DNA from: Candidatus Latescibacterota bacterium
GTDB taxonomy: Bacteria; Latescibacterota; UBA2968; GCA-2709665
Assembly: GCA_965226795.1 (NCBI GenBank)
Contig: CBDDDZ010000005.1
Coordinates: forward strand, 1,152,001 to 1,216,000
Reading direction: 5' to 3'
Length of the DNA: 64,000 nucleotides
The position numbers and the translations under genes are program-made. The first letter of the stretch is position 1. Each line of letters begins with the position of its first letter. Positions 20,311-30,166 of the stretch are shown piece after piece. The notes under the pieces are model-generated. The model was not told the DNA's origin. It saw nothing but the letters and a program-made list of their open reading frames with translations, and ran no database searches.

Positions 20311-20910
20311 ATGGCAATTTCTGCGAAGATGGTTCAGGAACTACGGGCCAAGACTAATGTGGGGATGATGGATTGCAAACGGGCTCTCGTCGAGAGTGAC
20401 GGGGATATGGAGATAGCCATCGAGCTCCTGCGGACCCGTGGCGTCGCCAAGGCGGGAGACCGTGCGCACCGGGCGGCGAAGGAAGGGCTGATCACGTCGT
20501 ACATTCACACTGGCAGCAAGCTCGGCGTGATGCTGGAAGTCAACAGCGAGACCGATTTTGTTGCCCGAACGGATCAGTTCCGGACTTTTGCCCGGGATCT
20601 TGCAATGCACATCGCCGCCAGCGCGCCCGTCGCCGTGAGCCGGGATCAACTGGATGAGTCCAGCATCGAGCGCGAACGCCGGATCTTCAGGCAGCAGGCG
20701 CTGGATGAGGGAAAACCCGAGCGGGTTCTCGACCGGATCGTAGAGGGGCGTCTGGAGAAGTATTTTCAGGAGGTCTGCCTCATGGAACAGCCCTTTGTGA
20801 AGGATCCGGACAAGACAGTCAGAGACCTGTTAATGGACCTGATCGCCCAGTGCGGCGAAAATGTGACCATCAGACGGTTTGTGCGGTTAGTTCTCGGAGA
20901 GGCGAGCTGA
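20311..20910 (+). CDS. tsf: Elongation factor Ts (short, ~200 aa form)
   Basis: GMMDCKRAL, EVNSETDFVAR, LAMHIAA, CLMEQPFVKD. Confidence 0.98.
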   Translation: MAISAKMVQELRAKTNVGMMDCKRALVESDGDMEIAIELLRTRGVAKAGDRAHRAAKEGLITSYIHTGSKLGVMLEVNSETDFVARTDQFRTFARDLAMHIAASAPVAVSRDQLDESSIERERRIFRQQALDEGKPERVLDRIVEGRLEKYFQEVCLMEQPFVKDPDKTVRDLLMDLIAQCGENVTIRRFVRLVLGEAS

Positions 20911-21026
20911 GGGCCCGGTATCCACGCAGCGAATCAGTCCCGTGACCAGTTCGGCGCGCCACGTGAGTTGAAGATCGGAATCTCTTTATCGTGTGAGTCC
21001 GCTATCTTCACGAAGGGACGCAGCAG

Positions 21027-21584
21027 ATGGTTGACGAGATTCTTTCAGAGACCAGGCAGTCGATGGCAAAAGCCGTGGAGGCATTTCAACACGAAATAGC
21101 CACGGTTCGGACCGGACGGGCAAACACGGCATTGCTGGACAACATCCGCGCTGAGTATTACGGCACCAGAGTGCCTCTCAACCAGGTGGCCACTATTGGC
21201 GTGCCGGAGCCGCGGCTGATTATTCTTCAACCGTGGGACAAGAGCGCAATCCCGGCTATTGAAAAGGCCATACAGACGTCGAATCTGGGTCTGACTCCCT
21301 CCAGCGACGGAACGGTAATTCGTTTGCCGATACCGCATCTGACGGAAGAGCGCCGCACGGAACTCGTGCGCGTGGTTCGCCAGATGGCGGAAGAGTGCAA
21401 GGTTTCTGTGCGCAATGCCCGGAGGGACGCCAACGAGATGTTCAGAGACGGTCAGAAAGAGGGCGAAATCCCGGAAGACGATTCCAGGACGGGGCAGGAA
21501 CAGACGCAGAAGCTGACCGACGATTTCGTGGCGGACATCGACAAGCTGCTTGCGCGGAAGAAAGAGGAGATTATGGAGGTCTGA
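21027..21584 (+). CDS. frr: Ribosome recycling factor
   Basis: VRTGRAN, IQPWDK-like motif (ILQPWDK), LTEERR, VRNARRDA. Confidence 0.98.
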   Translation: MVDEILSETRQSMAKAVEAFQHEIATVRTGRANTALLDNIRAEYYGTRVPLNQVATIGVPEPRLIILQPWDKSAIPAIEKAIQTSNLGLTPSSDGTVIRLPIPHLTEERRTELVRVVRQMAEECKVSVRNARRDANEMFRDGQKEGEIPEDDSRTGQEQTQKLTDDFVADIDKLLARKKEEIMEV

Positions 21585-21719
21585 TTTCTCTTGTACGTCC
21601 TCCTGGAATCGCTGCTTTCAGATCAACCGAGGGCGGCGGTTTTTGTTTGCCCGCCGATGAGAGGCTTCCAAAGACCTGAACCATATGAATCCCGGTGAGA
21701 ATAACTTTCCTCTGGGCCG

Positions 21720-21860
21720 GTGACCCGCGTGCTCATTGGGTTCATAGGCGACGGACACGGACGCGTGCAACGTGCCATCGCCCTGATCGCCACCTGGCAG
21801 CAACGAAACGACCGGCCTTTCGACTTCCTGATTCAGGTCGGAGACCTGCCCTACGTGCCA
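21720..21860 (+). pseudogene. N-terminal remnant of a calcineurin-like metallophosphoesterase
   Basis: GFIGDGHG (motif I) and DFLIQVGDL (motif II) are present; later motifs (GNHE/D) are absent and the ORF degenerates. Confidence 0.55.
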
Positions 21861-22047
21861 ATATATAGTGAGACAACTCCCCATCCGGGTTTAGTGACGT
21901 ATATTGGCCCGAGTAGAGAGCAGGAGATGACGGTAGTGACATCGCACAGAATCTGGAAACTCTGGAAAAAGGGCCTTGACACGTCGTCGATCGGCTGGAC
22001 CGGTATCACGACGATTTCTGATCGCCTCTTCCCAGGCGTACTCTGAT

Positions 22048-22758
22048 ATGCTCTTGTTCGAGGTCATCGCGGTTATCTTTGTGGCGGCGCTCGTCCACTC
22101 AACGCTCGGGTTCGGAACCGCCCTGGTGGCGATGCCGATGCTTGTGACGGTTCTGGATGTCAACGTGGCGACGCCTTTGGTCGGCCTGACGATGTTGACC
22201 ACAATCGCCCTGCACCTGGTTCGATCGTGGCGGGACCTGGACGTCAGGGCCGCGGTACACTTGCTCGCCGCTTCGGTTTTTGGAATTCCTCTCGGTTTGC
22301 TGATCCTTCGTTTTGCACCCCAGGATGCCTTCAAGGCCGGGCTCGGAATCCTGCTCATCGCTGTCGGTCTATATAACATGAGATCATCTGTCATGCCAAG
22401 ACTTGAACATATCGGATGGGCGCACGCGTTCGGCTTCATGTCCGGCGTCCTCGGCGGCGCATATAACGTCAACGCGGCGCCGGTGGCTGTTTACGGGATC
22501 TTGCGGCGGTGGCCGCCGGATCACTTCAGGGCGACGCTGCAGGGGTACTTCTTTCCCTCGACCCTGCTCATTGTGGCGAGCCACGGCTTGGCCGGACTGT
22601 GGTCGGGGGAGGTATTCGGATTCTATCTGCCGGCCGTGCCCGCCATCATTCTTGCGGTTGTTCTGGGCCAAATCATCGGCGCGCGCATCCCTTCCGCCCG
22701 ATTTCAGCGCGTTCTCTACGCGGCGCTACTGATATTTGGGGTCCTTCTGCTCGTTTAG
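22048..22758 (+). CDS. Sulfite exporter TauE/SafE family protein
   Basis: GFGTALVAMP, GIPLG, GFMSGVLGG, FRATL; multiple TM helices. Confidence 0.88.
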   Translation: MLLFEVIAVIFVAALVHSTLGFGTALVAMPMLVTVLDVNVATPLVGLTMLTTIALHLVRSWRDLDVRAAVHLLAASVFGIPLGLLILRFAPQDAFKAGLGILLIAVGLYNMRSSVMPRLEHIGWAHAFGFMSGVLGGAYNVNAAPVAVYGILRRWPPDHFRATLQGYFFPSTLLIVASHGLAGLWSGEVFGFYLPAVPAIILAVVLGQIIGARIPSARFQRVLYAALLIFGVLLLV

Positions 22759-22856
22759 CCGTTACAGACAGGCCCCGATTGACGCATTGCGTGTTTAATT
22801 GAACGTGACGTTCTTCAATTGCGCGGTTCGGCAACCAATTCGCAAAGGAGAGAAGA

Positions 22857-23219
22857 GTGAATGCTACAGAACCCATGGTCGTCCACTACGTCAACGAGAT
22901 GGACAGGGCGTTGCCTTTTTACCGCGACGTCATCGGACTGGAGGTGGTTTTCGAATCGCCGGGTTGGAGCACGCTTCGCTGCGGGGGGTGCATCGTGGCC
23001 CTCCATATCCTGTCTACCGGGATGAGCGAGGGCGCCGTCGCCCACGCGGGGCTGAATCTCCACGTGGATGATCTCGACGCTGCGGTGAAGGAAGTGGTGG
23101 CCGGCGGGGGCGAAATCAGAAACGTCCGCGAAGCCGGCGGCGGTATACCGGTGCGTATCGCCGTCATCAGCGACACGGAAGGCAACGTCTTCGAACTGCG
23201 CCAATACGTCGGCGACTGA
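22857..23219 (+). CDS. VOC/glyoxalase family protein
   Basis: FYRDVIGL, VDDLDAA, DTEGNVFEL. Confidence 0.88.
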   Translation: MNATEPMVVHYVNEMDRALPFYRDVIGLEVVFESPGWSTLRCGGCIVALHILSTGMSEGAVAHAGLNLHVDDLDAAVKEVVAGGGEIRNVREAGGGIPVRIAVISDTEGNVFELRQYVGD

Positions 23220-23393
23220 TACCTAAGCCATGAACCAGTGTAAGGAACCGGAATCCGGTGGCATGTCGCCAACCATCGCCGACGGCAGCTCTTCTCGTCC
23301 GCGATCTCGAATTCGCACCGCACCCGAATCGGACGGTTTCGATACGTCCGTCGGTGCTGATTCCGTGGTCAACCACCAGAAGGAGGTTTCTCC

Positions 23394-23921
23394 GTGAAGA
23401 ATTGTGTACTCGCCGTGGTTTTGTCTGCCGTTGTCCTGTTCGTCTGGGGGTTTGTCTCGTGGACAATTCTTCCGTGGCACAATATGGTTGCGAACAAATT
23501 CGCGGACGAATCGGCTGTTTCAACGGTCCTCAAGGAAAACGCGACGACTGCCGGGATCTACTATCTACCATTTGCCCAGGAAGATCTCAAGCCAGGAGGA
23601 GTATTCGCCCTCGCGAACGTATTGCCCGACGGCGCCGATACGAACATGGGCAGTATGATGGGCGTCGGCCTTGTGGGTCAAGCGGTCTCCGCCTTGCTCG
23701 TTCTTCTTCTGCTGGGTAACACATCGAACCTCGGTTACTGGGAACGGGTTCGCTTTGTCGCCCTTGCAGGTGTGGCCATCGGCTTTGTCAGCCACTTCCC
23801 CTACTGGAACTGGTTTGGCTTCTCGACGTCGTATACGCTTGTGATCATCCTGGACTCGTTGGTCGCGTGGCTTCTGGCGGGGCTTGTCATAGCCAAATTC
23901 GTCGAAGGGAAATCCACATAG
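23394..23921 (+). CDS. Hypothetical membrane protein
   Basis: AGGAGG SD, about 4 hydrophobic segments, GIYYLP and YWNWFGF motifs. Confidence 0.75.
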   Translation: MKNCVLAVVLSAVVLFVWGFVSWTILPWHNMVANKFADESAVSTVLKENATTAGIYYLPFAQEDLKPGGVFALANVLPDGADTNMGSMMGVGLVGQAVSALLVLLLLGNTSNLGYWERVRFVALAGVAIGFVSHFPYWNWFGFSTSYTLVIILDSLVAWLLAGLVIAKFVEGKST

Positions 23922-24025
23922 GAATCGGTTTACTCCTACTTGGCAAACTTGTAAGCGAATACGGCTGCCGGAGAGGTATTGCCAGGAGCGGCGAAGGGCA
24001 CCGAACGGTGCAACCCGAGCCCGTG

Positions 24026-24113
24026 CCCTGAGTCTGTCGAAGGGTAGCGAAACGCGCATTTCGACAAGCCGTTTCGACAGGCTCAACGCAAGCAATGGCC
24101 ACGCTTCGACAGG
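24026..24113. repeat. TCGA-core palindromic REP-like cluster
   Basis: CCCTGAGTCTGTCGAAGGGTAGCGAAACGCGCATTTCGACAAGCCGTTTCGACAGGCTCAACG; near-identical to 14047-14112 and to the reverse complement of 58135-58211. Confidence 0.8.
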
Positions 24114-24159
24114 CAAAGCTTCCGCAAGGTGAAGGTAGTGATGACGATCGAGGGATCGA

Positions 24160-25059
24160 ATGGCTTCGCAGCAATCCGGACTGTCTACGCAAGCGCACAG
24201 GGCGAGCAGAACGGCGAATCTGGCGGCTTGCGTACGCGCGTATCATTGTGGCTGGCACGAGTCGCCGATCTTCGCCGACACCTATGCAATTGACATGATA
24301 TCTAATTTCTGGCGTGTGATCGCCAGGAACAGAATCCTCAGCTGGTTCGTCGTTCACACGGTGTTTCGGGCTTTCCGTCCCATACACACTGAAATTATCC
24401 TTCGGGCACGGTATGCCGAAGACCGTCTTATGAAAGCCTTGCCGGCGGGGGTTGGACAGTACGCCATTCTCGGCGCCGGTCTCGATACGTTTTCCATGCG
24501 CCACAAGGGGCTTGCGGACAGGTTGCGGATATTTGAGCTGGACCATCCCGCGACCCAGGAGATGAAGCGTGAAAAGGTGCTAAGAGTCGATGGCGAGATA
24601 CCAGCCAATCTGGTGTTCGTTCCCATCGACTTTGAAACCGATAATCTCGACGATGCGCTTGCCCAGGCCGGTTTCGATCCTCTGGCGCCGTCGTTTTTTT
24701 CGTGGCTGGGAACGACCTACTATCTCACGAAAGACGCGATACGCGAGACGCTCGGTCGTATTGCGGGCGTCGCAGCCCCCGGCAGCCGTATTGTTTTCGA
24801 TTACAAGCTTGCCAGGCATCTCGTTCCGGCGGAGAGCCTGCAATTCGCCGACAAGCTGGACGGCTTCGTGGCTCGTCGGGGAGAGCCGATGATTTCCACC
24901 TTCACGCCGGAGGAGTTGAAAGAGGTGATGTCCGGATTCGGCTTTGCCGAAATGGAGAATATCCCCGCCGGCGCACAGAAATGCCTTTACCTGAACGAGA
25001 GATCCGACCTGGTCGATCCGGCACCGAATTTTTCCTTCGCGTTGTATGGCGTGACTTGA
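24160..25059 (+). CDS. Class I SAM-dependent methyltransferase (leucine carboxyl methyltransferase-like)
   Basis: RARYAED, QYAILGAGLDT, FELDHPATQ, WLGTTYYL. Confidence 0.92.
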   Translation: MASQQSGLSTQAHRASRTANLAACVRAYHCGWHESPIFADTYAIDMISNFWRVIARNRILSWFVVHTVFRAFRPIHTEIILRARYAEDRLMKALPAGVGQYAILGAGLDTFSMRHKGLADRLRIFELDHPATQEMKREKVLRVDGEIPANLVFVPIDFETDNLDDALAQAGFDPLAPSFFSWLGTTYYLTKDAIRETLGRIAGVAAPGSRIVFDYKLARHLVPAESLQFADKLDGFVARRGEPMISTFTPEELKEVMSGFGFAEMENIPAGAQKCLYLNERSDLVDPAPNFSFALYGVT

Positions 25060-25090
25060 CCTTTGGTTGTGACGACGTGAAGGTCACACT

Positions 25091-26404
25091 GTGTCCCTGG
25101 AACAAATTGAAGTCGTGAAGGCCCGGAACGTGCGTTTCCTGCCGAAGCCACACTCTCTTTGTGTTTACCGGCTGCTGTTGATCCTGATTCTCTTTCCGAC
25201 TGCCAAGGCGATGGCTCAAGCCCGGTATCAGGTGGGGATCGACGCGACGCGGTCGTCTCAGATAGGGGCGGAGAACCTTGCCGCGATCCATCGTGTGGTG
25301 TATGCCCTTGAGAATCGCATTCTCAGCCCTCGCCTGTTCGACGAAAGCACAAAACGCCGAAAGACGGCCGGGATTCTTTACCGGCTGGGCAAGACGGTTC
25401 TTGTCGACAACATTGTCGATCACCTTCTGGTCCTGATCCAACACGAGGTCTTTGGACATGGCGCCCGGTTCAGGGAATTCGGATACCGGGATATTTCATA
25501 CGATCTCAGTCTGTTTCCTCCTTACGGCAGCAGTCGCGGCACTGCCTACGGCTCACGTGACCCCGAAAGAAGAACGACACGACACGAGCGAATCGGTATT
25601 ACGATAGGGGGATCTGAAGCCAATACGATTCTTGCAAAGTCCATTCGATCCAGATGGCTTCAGCGCGGCGTCGTCAAATCGCGAGAAATCATGGTGTACC
25701 TGCCTTCGTCGCTGGATCTGACCTGGTACATCCTGCGCACCCGTTTCGGTTCCCGGCCGAGACCGGGCAACGACGTGGCCAATTATCTCCGGGACCTCAA
25801 CCTTCTTGAAGGCTATTCCGAAACAGACGACCGATTGACTCTGGAAGATCTGAGTGCGCAGACGCTGGTGGGCCTGCTCAATCCCACCGCACTCTGGGCG
25901 ATGTACGCGTATGCCGTTTCTTATCTCTATCACGGATCGGCCGAGTCCGAACTGCCCATGCTCAGGCTTCGCGCGGTCGGGTACCTGCCTTCCTTCCGCC
26001 TCGGGTTGACCCCGTTCGGCTCGGTGGTGACCTTTGAAAATGTCATTGTACATTCCGGGCGCGTCTCGAACGTTTTCTTTCGTTACGGGATGCCTTCGTT
26101 TCATAGATTTGGCGGATTCGGTGTCGCCGTCGACAATCTCGCCGCAGCGAAGGGAATCACTGTCAGTCCGAGAGCTGAGTTCTGGCATCAGCCCTCGCTT
26201 CTCCTCGGTGGGGAACGGCTGAGGGCAGGGCGATCGGGACTGGGCGGTGGGGTATGGGCCAGGATCGACTATCAGGTTGGCGCAAGCGGTTACAAGCCGA
26301 GAATTGGTCTCGAAATCGGCGGCAAGACGGACGGCTTCGTGGAAGGGGAGGCATTGGGTAGAGGATTTACGCTGAGGCTGGGATTGAGTATTGCTGAGCA
26401 TTGA
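25091..26404 (+). CDS. Hypothetical exported protein with an HExxxH-like motif; start uncertain
   Basis: 437 aa ORF; hydrophobic signal-like stretch ending AKA-MA; QHEVFGHG; beta-strand-rich C-terminus. Confidence 0.65.
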   Translation: MSLEQIEVVKARNVRFLPKPHSLCVYRLLLILILFPTAKAMAQARYQVGIDATRSSQIGAENLAAIHRVVYALENRILSPRLFDESTKRRKTAGILYRLGKTVLVDNIVDHLLVLIQHEVFGHGARFREFGYRDISYDLSLFPPYGSSRGTAYGSRDPERRTTRHERIGITIGGSEANTILAKSIRSRWLQRGVVKSREIMVYLPSSLDLTWYILRTRFGSRPRPGNDVANYLRDLNLLEGYSETDDRLTLEDLSAQTLVGLLNPTALWAMYAYAVSYLYHGSAESELPMLRLRAVGYLPSFRLGLTPFGSVVTFENVIVHSGRVSNVFFRYGMPSFHRFGGFGVAVDNLAAAKGITVSPRAEFWHQPSLLLGGERLRAGRSGLGGGVWARIDYQVGASGYKPRIGLEIGGKTDGFVEGEALGRGFTLRLGLSIAEH

Positions 26405-26454
26405 CGCCGTGGTTGGCTGCTGGAAATTCAGGGCCCTCAAACTGAAAAGACCAG

Positions 26455-26916
26455 ATGATGTCCGATACAGGAAGGAAGCGAGGAACCATCTCTCTCCGCC
26501 AGGGTCTCCTCTTGATCTTTGTCCTCGGAAGCGTTGGGCTGGGAGCCGAGTTGCTGCTGCTGGAGCATTTCCAGGAATGGCGGCAACAGGTGCCCCTGGT
26601 ACTACTGGCTTCAGGGTTGGTCCTGGTGGCGGCGCGGGCGCGCTACAGGCGGGCGGTTATCGTCTGCTTGTTCCGCCTCACGATGCTGGCGTACGTGCTG
26701 GGCGGGATCGCGGGATTCTGGTTTCATATCGCCGCGAACATGGATTTCGAATTGGAAATGTATTCAAGGTTGAGCGGTTGGGACCTGGTGTCCAGGACGG
26801 CGCGCGGCGCCCTGCCCGTGCTGGCGCCCGGCGCACTTATCCAACTTGGTCTTATCGGCTATCTCTACACGCACCGGCATCCCGATCCGGGCGCCGGACG
26901 ATCTGGGAAATATTAG
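26455..26916 (+). CDS. Hypothetical membrane protein
   Basis: About 4 TM segments; ELLLLEH and GALPVLAPG motifs. Confidence 0.7.
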   Translation: MMSDTGRKRGTISLRQGLLLIFVLGSVGLGAELLLLEHFQEWRQQVPLVLLASGLVLVAARARYRRAVIVCLFRLTMLAYVLGGIAGFWFHIAANMDFELEMYSRLSGWDLVSRTARGALPVLAPGALIQLGLIGYLYTHRHPDPGAGRSGKY

Positions 26917-27098
26917 TGCCGTCCAGTGAGTCGTCCGCGCATTCATCTCCGCCGAATCCTCGGGGCTTCGGTCCAAAACCTGTAAAATCAGCGTGAACGG
27001 GAGGAGCGGCGCGTCTACAGCCAGACGCGCCGCTCCCGTTGGGATCCAACCTCGTGTACAACGTCTGCTACGGCAAATCGGCCATGTCCGGGGTTGTC

Positions 27099-27566
27099 CT
27101 AGTACTCGATTCGGTCCGGCATACTGTGCCACTCCCGAAAGACCGCGAGCGCCTCGTCTCGCAGCAGTTGACGGGAGGGGATCCGCCGGTCGGTACGCGG
27201 CAACTGCAACTCCCTGTAGAGGAATTCATCATCGAAACCGATTTCCCCCGCGTCTTCGGCGGTATTGGCGAAGTAAATCATATCGATCCGTGCCCAGTAT
27301 ATGGCAGCCAGGCACATCGGGCAGGGCTCACAACTGGCATAGATTTCACAACCGCCAAGGTGGAATGCGCGGAGCCGGGATCCCGCTTTCCTGATCGCCA
27401 TCATCTCCGCGTGGGCCGTCGGGTCGTTGCCGGCGACCACCTCGTTGTATCCTTCCGCAACGATCATTCCGCTCGTGACGATGACCGCGCCAAATGGACC
27501 GCCTCGCCCCGTCCGCATCTGGATTCGCGAAAGTTCTATCGCCCGGGCCATGAATTCCGGCTGCAT
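27099..27566 (-). CDS. guaD: Nucleoside/guanine deaminase (cytidine deaminase fold)
   Basis: GGPFGAVIV, NDPTAHAE, SCEPCPMCLAAIYWA, GFDD. Confidence 0.9.
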   Translation of the reverse strand: MQPEFMARAIELSRIQMRTGRGGPFGAVIVTSGMIVAEGYNEVVAGNDPTAHAEMMAIRKAGSRLRAFHLGGCEIYASCEPCPMCLAAIYWARIDMIYFANTAEDAGEIGFDDEFLYRELQLPRTDRRIPSRQLLRDEALAVFREWHSMPDRIEY

Positions 27567-27592
27567 CTGAATACCCCCTTTGTTGAACTGCC

Positions 27593-29704
27593 CTACTGGT
27601 CTCGCAGGCATCCGTTTACTTTGTGATTCGGATCGTCGGGCAAACCGGCGTGGTCGAGATTCGCATCGGTACCTCTGGAAAGCGCCGTGATGGTTCCTCT
27701 GTTCAGCCGCAGCTGGTTTGGCCGCACCGATATCCCGTTCCGGTCTCTATCGCTCCGGTTAACACAATACTCAAAGGCAAGCCTGTCCGTACCCGATCCG
27801 CCTGTGTAGCGCGCACGTCGAAATATACTACTGCAGTAAAATTTGAGCATCAGAGAGGGATTGCCGGTTACAACGACTGGCACGTCGAAGGATACATCGA
27901 CACTTATGGTCTCTCCCTGGCCATAGGTGTCGCCGCTTTCGGGAGTGGACGTTATACGGAGGCCCTCGATCACCGGAATGGCTGGTGATTCTTCCAGGAC
28001 CACTTGTGCCGAAGCTGGGGTCGCTTCAGTCACGTTTGATGGAAGGTTGCCGAAGTTCAGTTGGATAACCTCTTCCGCGCCTTCACTATGATCACTGTCT
28101 TGCATTGCCGTCAGGGTAAAGGTCCGCATACTCGCGTCCGGTTCAAAGGTGAGACTGGCAGGGACCCCTGTATAGTCTTCCGGACCGGCTCCGTTTTCTT
28201 CTACCACAGAGATGGGGACCGTGATCGGCAGGGTGCCTGCCGCCGGATCCAGATAAACCGCAACCTCGACCCCCGAGGGGTCGCCCTCTACAGCAGTGTA
28301 ACGCGATGCGCCAAAGGAAACGGTGCGTCTGATCTTCTCAACCCCCGATGTCGATGACCATGCGCCGGAACCTTCGCTGTTGGTGGCCCGGACCTGAATC
28401 TCGTAGGCATCTTCGGTCAGGTTCTCCAGCGTGACCGTCGTTTCCGTCTGATCGGTATCCGTCACTTCGGTCCATGTCAGGGATCCCGCAGCGCGGTAGC
28501 GATAGTCGTAGTCGGTCACCTCGAAGCCTGCTGGAAATGCCACCAGGGCCCCATTTTCAAAGAAACCGCCAGGTGTCGTCCACTCAACGTCAATCGCCGT
28601 GTCGTCCGCCTCCTGAAATTGCGCGTCAATGTCTCCGGGAGGCGCCGGGACCCCGACGTCCTTGACCCGGATGGTCAGGTCGAGCACCGAACCGCTGCAT
28701 CCCGTCGGCGTTCCTTCGTTGTCCAGGTAATGGATATTGTGCGTGTTGACGACGCGTAACCGGTACTGATTGTCAGCGTCGCTGTCGCTGGGCACTTCAA
28801 AGTCCGGTACAGTCTTGAACGCCAGCGACACGGTTCCCGACGTCGCCCTTTCTTCTGAGGAAAGAGAGAAGTGCGTGACATCCTCACCGCCGTCCGGTAG
28901 CGTGTATGGATAGTAGGCGGTGAAGATCTCACATCGGATGAGAGGCGGCGACCAGTCGAATCCCCACTCTCGATGGTCGTCGGTGACAGCCGTCCACCTG
29001 GGCAATTCCTCGCTCGCGGGCATCGTGGTCCCTTCGTACATATCGATCGGGGTCGGGATCTCCCAGCGCTGGTCCGTTACGTATTCGGCTGGCGCTGAAA
29101 ACTGGGCCGAGCCATCATAAACCAGGTGGATGTTGAAGACCTGGGGATCGCTTTCAGCGGTTCCATCGCTCGCGTAGATTGCGGACGGCAGGGTAGGGAT
29201 GTTGGCGACTTCCCCGTAGACTGAGGTAAACCGGGCGGGGGCTATGTCTCCATTGCCGTGGAGCGCGAAGCTGTTGCCGTCGCGCGTGATGCGTAACAGG
29301 GCTTCCGAAGGCGTCTGAATGCCGGAAACACCGGGCACGGCAAACGCGAAACGGTAGGAGATGTCGTCTCCGTCCTGGTCTGTCGCCGGCTCACCTTCGA
29401 ACCGTAGCAGAGCCGACGGGCCCCTGGGGAGCAGCAGGGTCAGTTCCTGGTTGCCGATGGAACCATTGAAAGTAGGCGGGTGGTTGTTTCCGTGGTTTCT
29501 GGCTGTCGTTTTGGAAGCTGTACTGAAGACCGCGGGCTTGGAGAGTGCCCCCTTGAACCGGGCACCGGTCGAAATATCCATGGATCGCAACTTTCCGGTT
29601 GATCCAGGTGACGTTTCTGCCGGTGCGGTGGGAAATGGGGTGCTGTTACCAGCGCAGCCCGACAGGCCAACGCTGAGCGCGAGTAGTGCTGAACGAATCG
29701 ACAT
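27593..29704 (-). CDS. Surface lipoprotein with cadherin-like, fibronectin type III and Calx-beta/Ig-like domains
   Basis: Lipobox LSGC; PDFEVPSDSDADNQY (cadherin-like); W...YDYRYR...YEIQVRATNSEGSGAWS (FN3); VSFGASRYTAVEG (Calx-beta-like); C-terminal YTGGSGTDRLAFEY module. Confidence 0.82.
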   Translation of the reverse strand: MSIRSALLALSVGLSGCAGNSTPFPTAPAETSPGSTGKLRSMDISTGARFKGALSKPAVFSTASKTTARNHGNNHPPTFNGSIGNQELTLLLPRGPSALLRFEGEPATDQDGDDISYRFAFAVPGVSGIQTPSEALLRITRDGNSFALHGNGDIAPARFTSVYGEVANIPTLPSAIYASDGTAESDPQVFNIHLVYDGSAQFSAPAEYVTDQRWEIPTPIDMYEGTTMPASEELPRWTAVTDDHREWGFDWSPPLIRCEIFTAYYPYTLPDGGEDVTHFSLSSEERATSGTVSLAFKTVPDFEVPSDSDADNQYRLRVVNTHNIHYLDNEGTPTGCSGSVLDLTIRVKDVGVPAPPGDIDAQFQEADDTAIDVEWTTPGGFFENGALVAFPAGFEVTDYDYRYRAAGSLTWTEVTDTDQTETTVTLENLTEDAYEIQVRATNSEGSGAWSSTSGVEKIRRTVSFGASRYTAVEGDPSGVEVAVYLDPAAGTLPITVPISVVEENGAGPEDYTGVPASLTFEPDASMRTFTLTAMQDSDHSEGAEEVIQLNFGNLPSNVTEATPASAQVVLEESPAIPVIEGLRITSTPESGDTYGQGETISVDVSFDVPVVVTGNPSLMLKFYCSSIFRRARYTGGSGTDRLAFEYCVNRSDRDRNGISVRPNQLRLNRGTITALSRGTDANLDHAGLPDDPNHKVNGCLRDQ

Positions 29705-30166
29705 GGCGTACCCTCCTTATGGTTGTTTCATGTCTGAACGATTCGATTCCGTCCCGCGCCGTCAGGGGATAGTCGGCCGATTCTATCCGGCCCGAGGTGG
29801 CGGGGGCGGGTTAGTGCCGTAGATGCATAAGCATTAAGTCCTCCTTTAGTGATTGATAAGCTATCCTATATGACGACGCATCTGCGAGTGCGTTCCAGGA
29901 AAATGTTAAAAAAAACCGCCGCCATGAACATTCGAGTTCATCGTCTTGACAGGGATTTCACAAACACCTATGTTCCTGGTGAAGCGAAAGACATGGAATG
30001 GCGCCACGGCTGGAATGGCAGGCTGGAGGGGAAGTCCTTTAGGCGGGCGGACTCTACACCAGGGGTATGAAAAGGTTCAACATAAAGGATACATTATGGG
30101 CTTTTTCAACCCAACCCGTTGCGTGCGCGAGGTGTTGACCTGATATCGACTGGAGGGAAATCGACA

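Noticed and set aside
26914..26940. TAGTGCCGT at a stop codon (also at ~29813) as further MITE ends
   Set aside because: Similarity stops after a few bases, and neither the internal blocks nor a partner inverted end was found.
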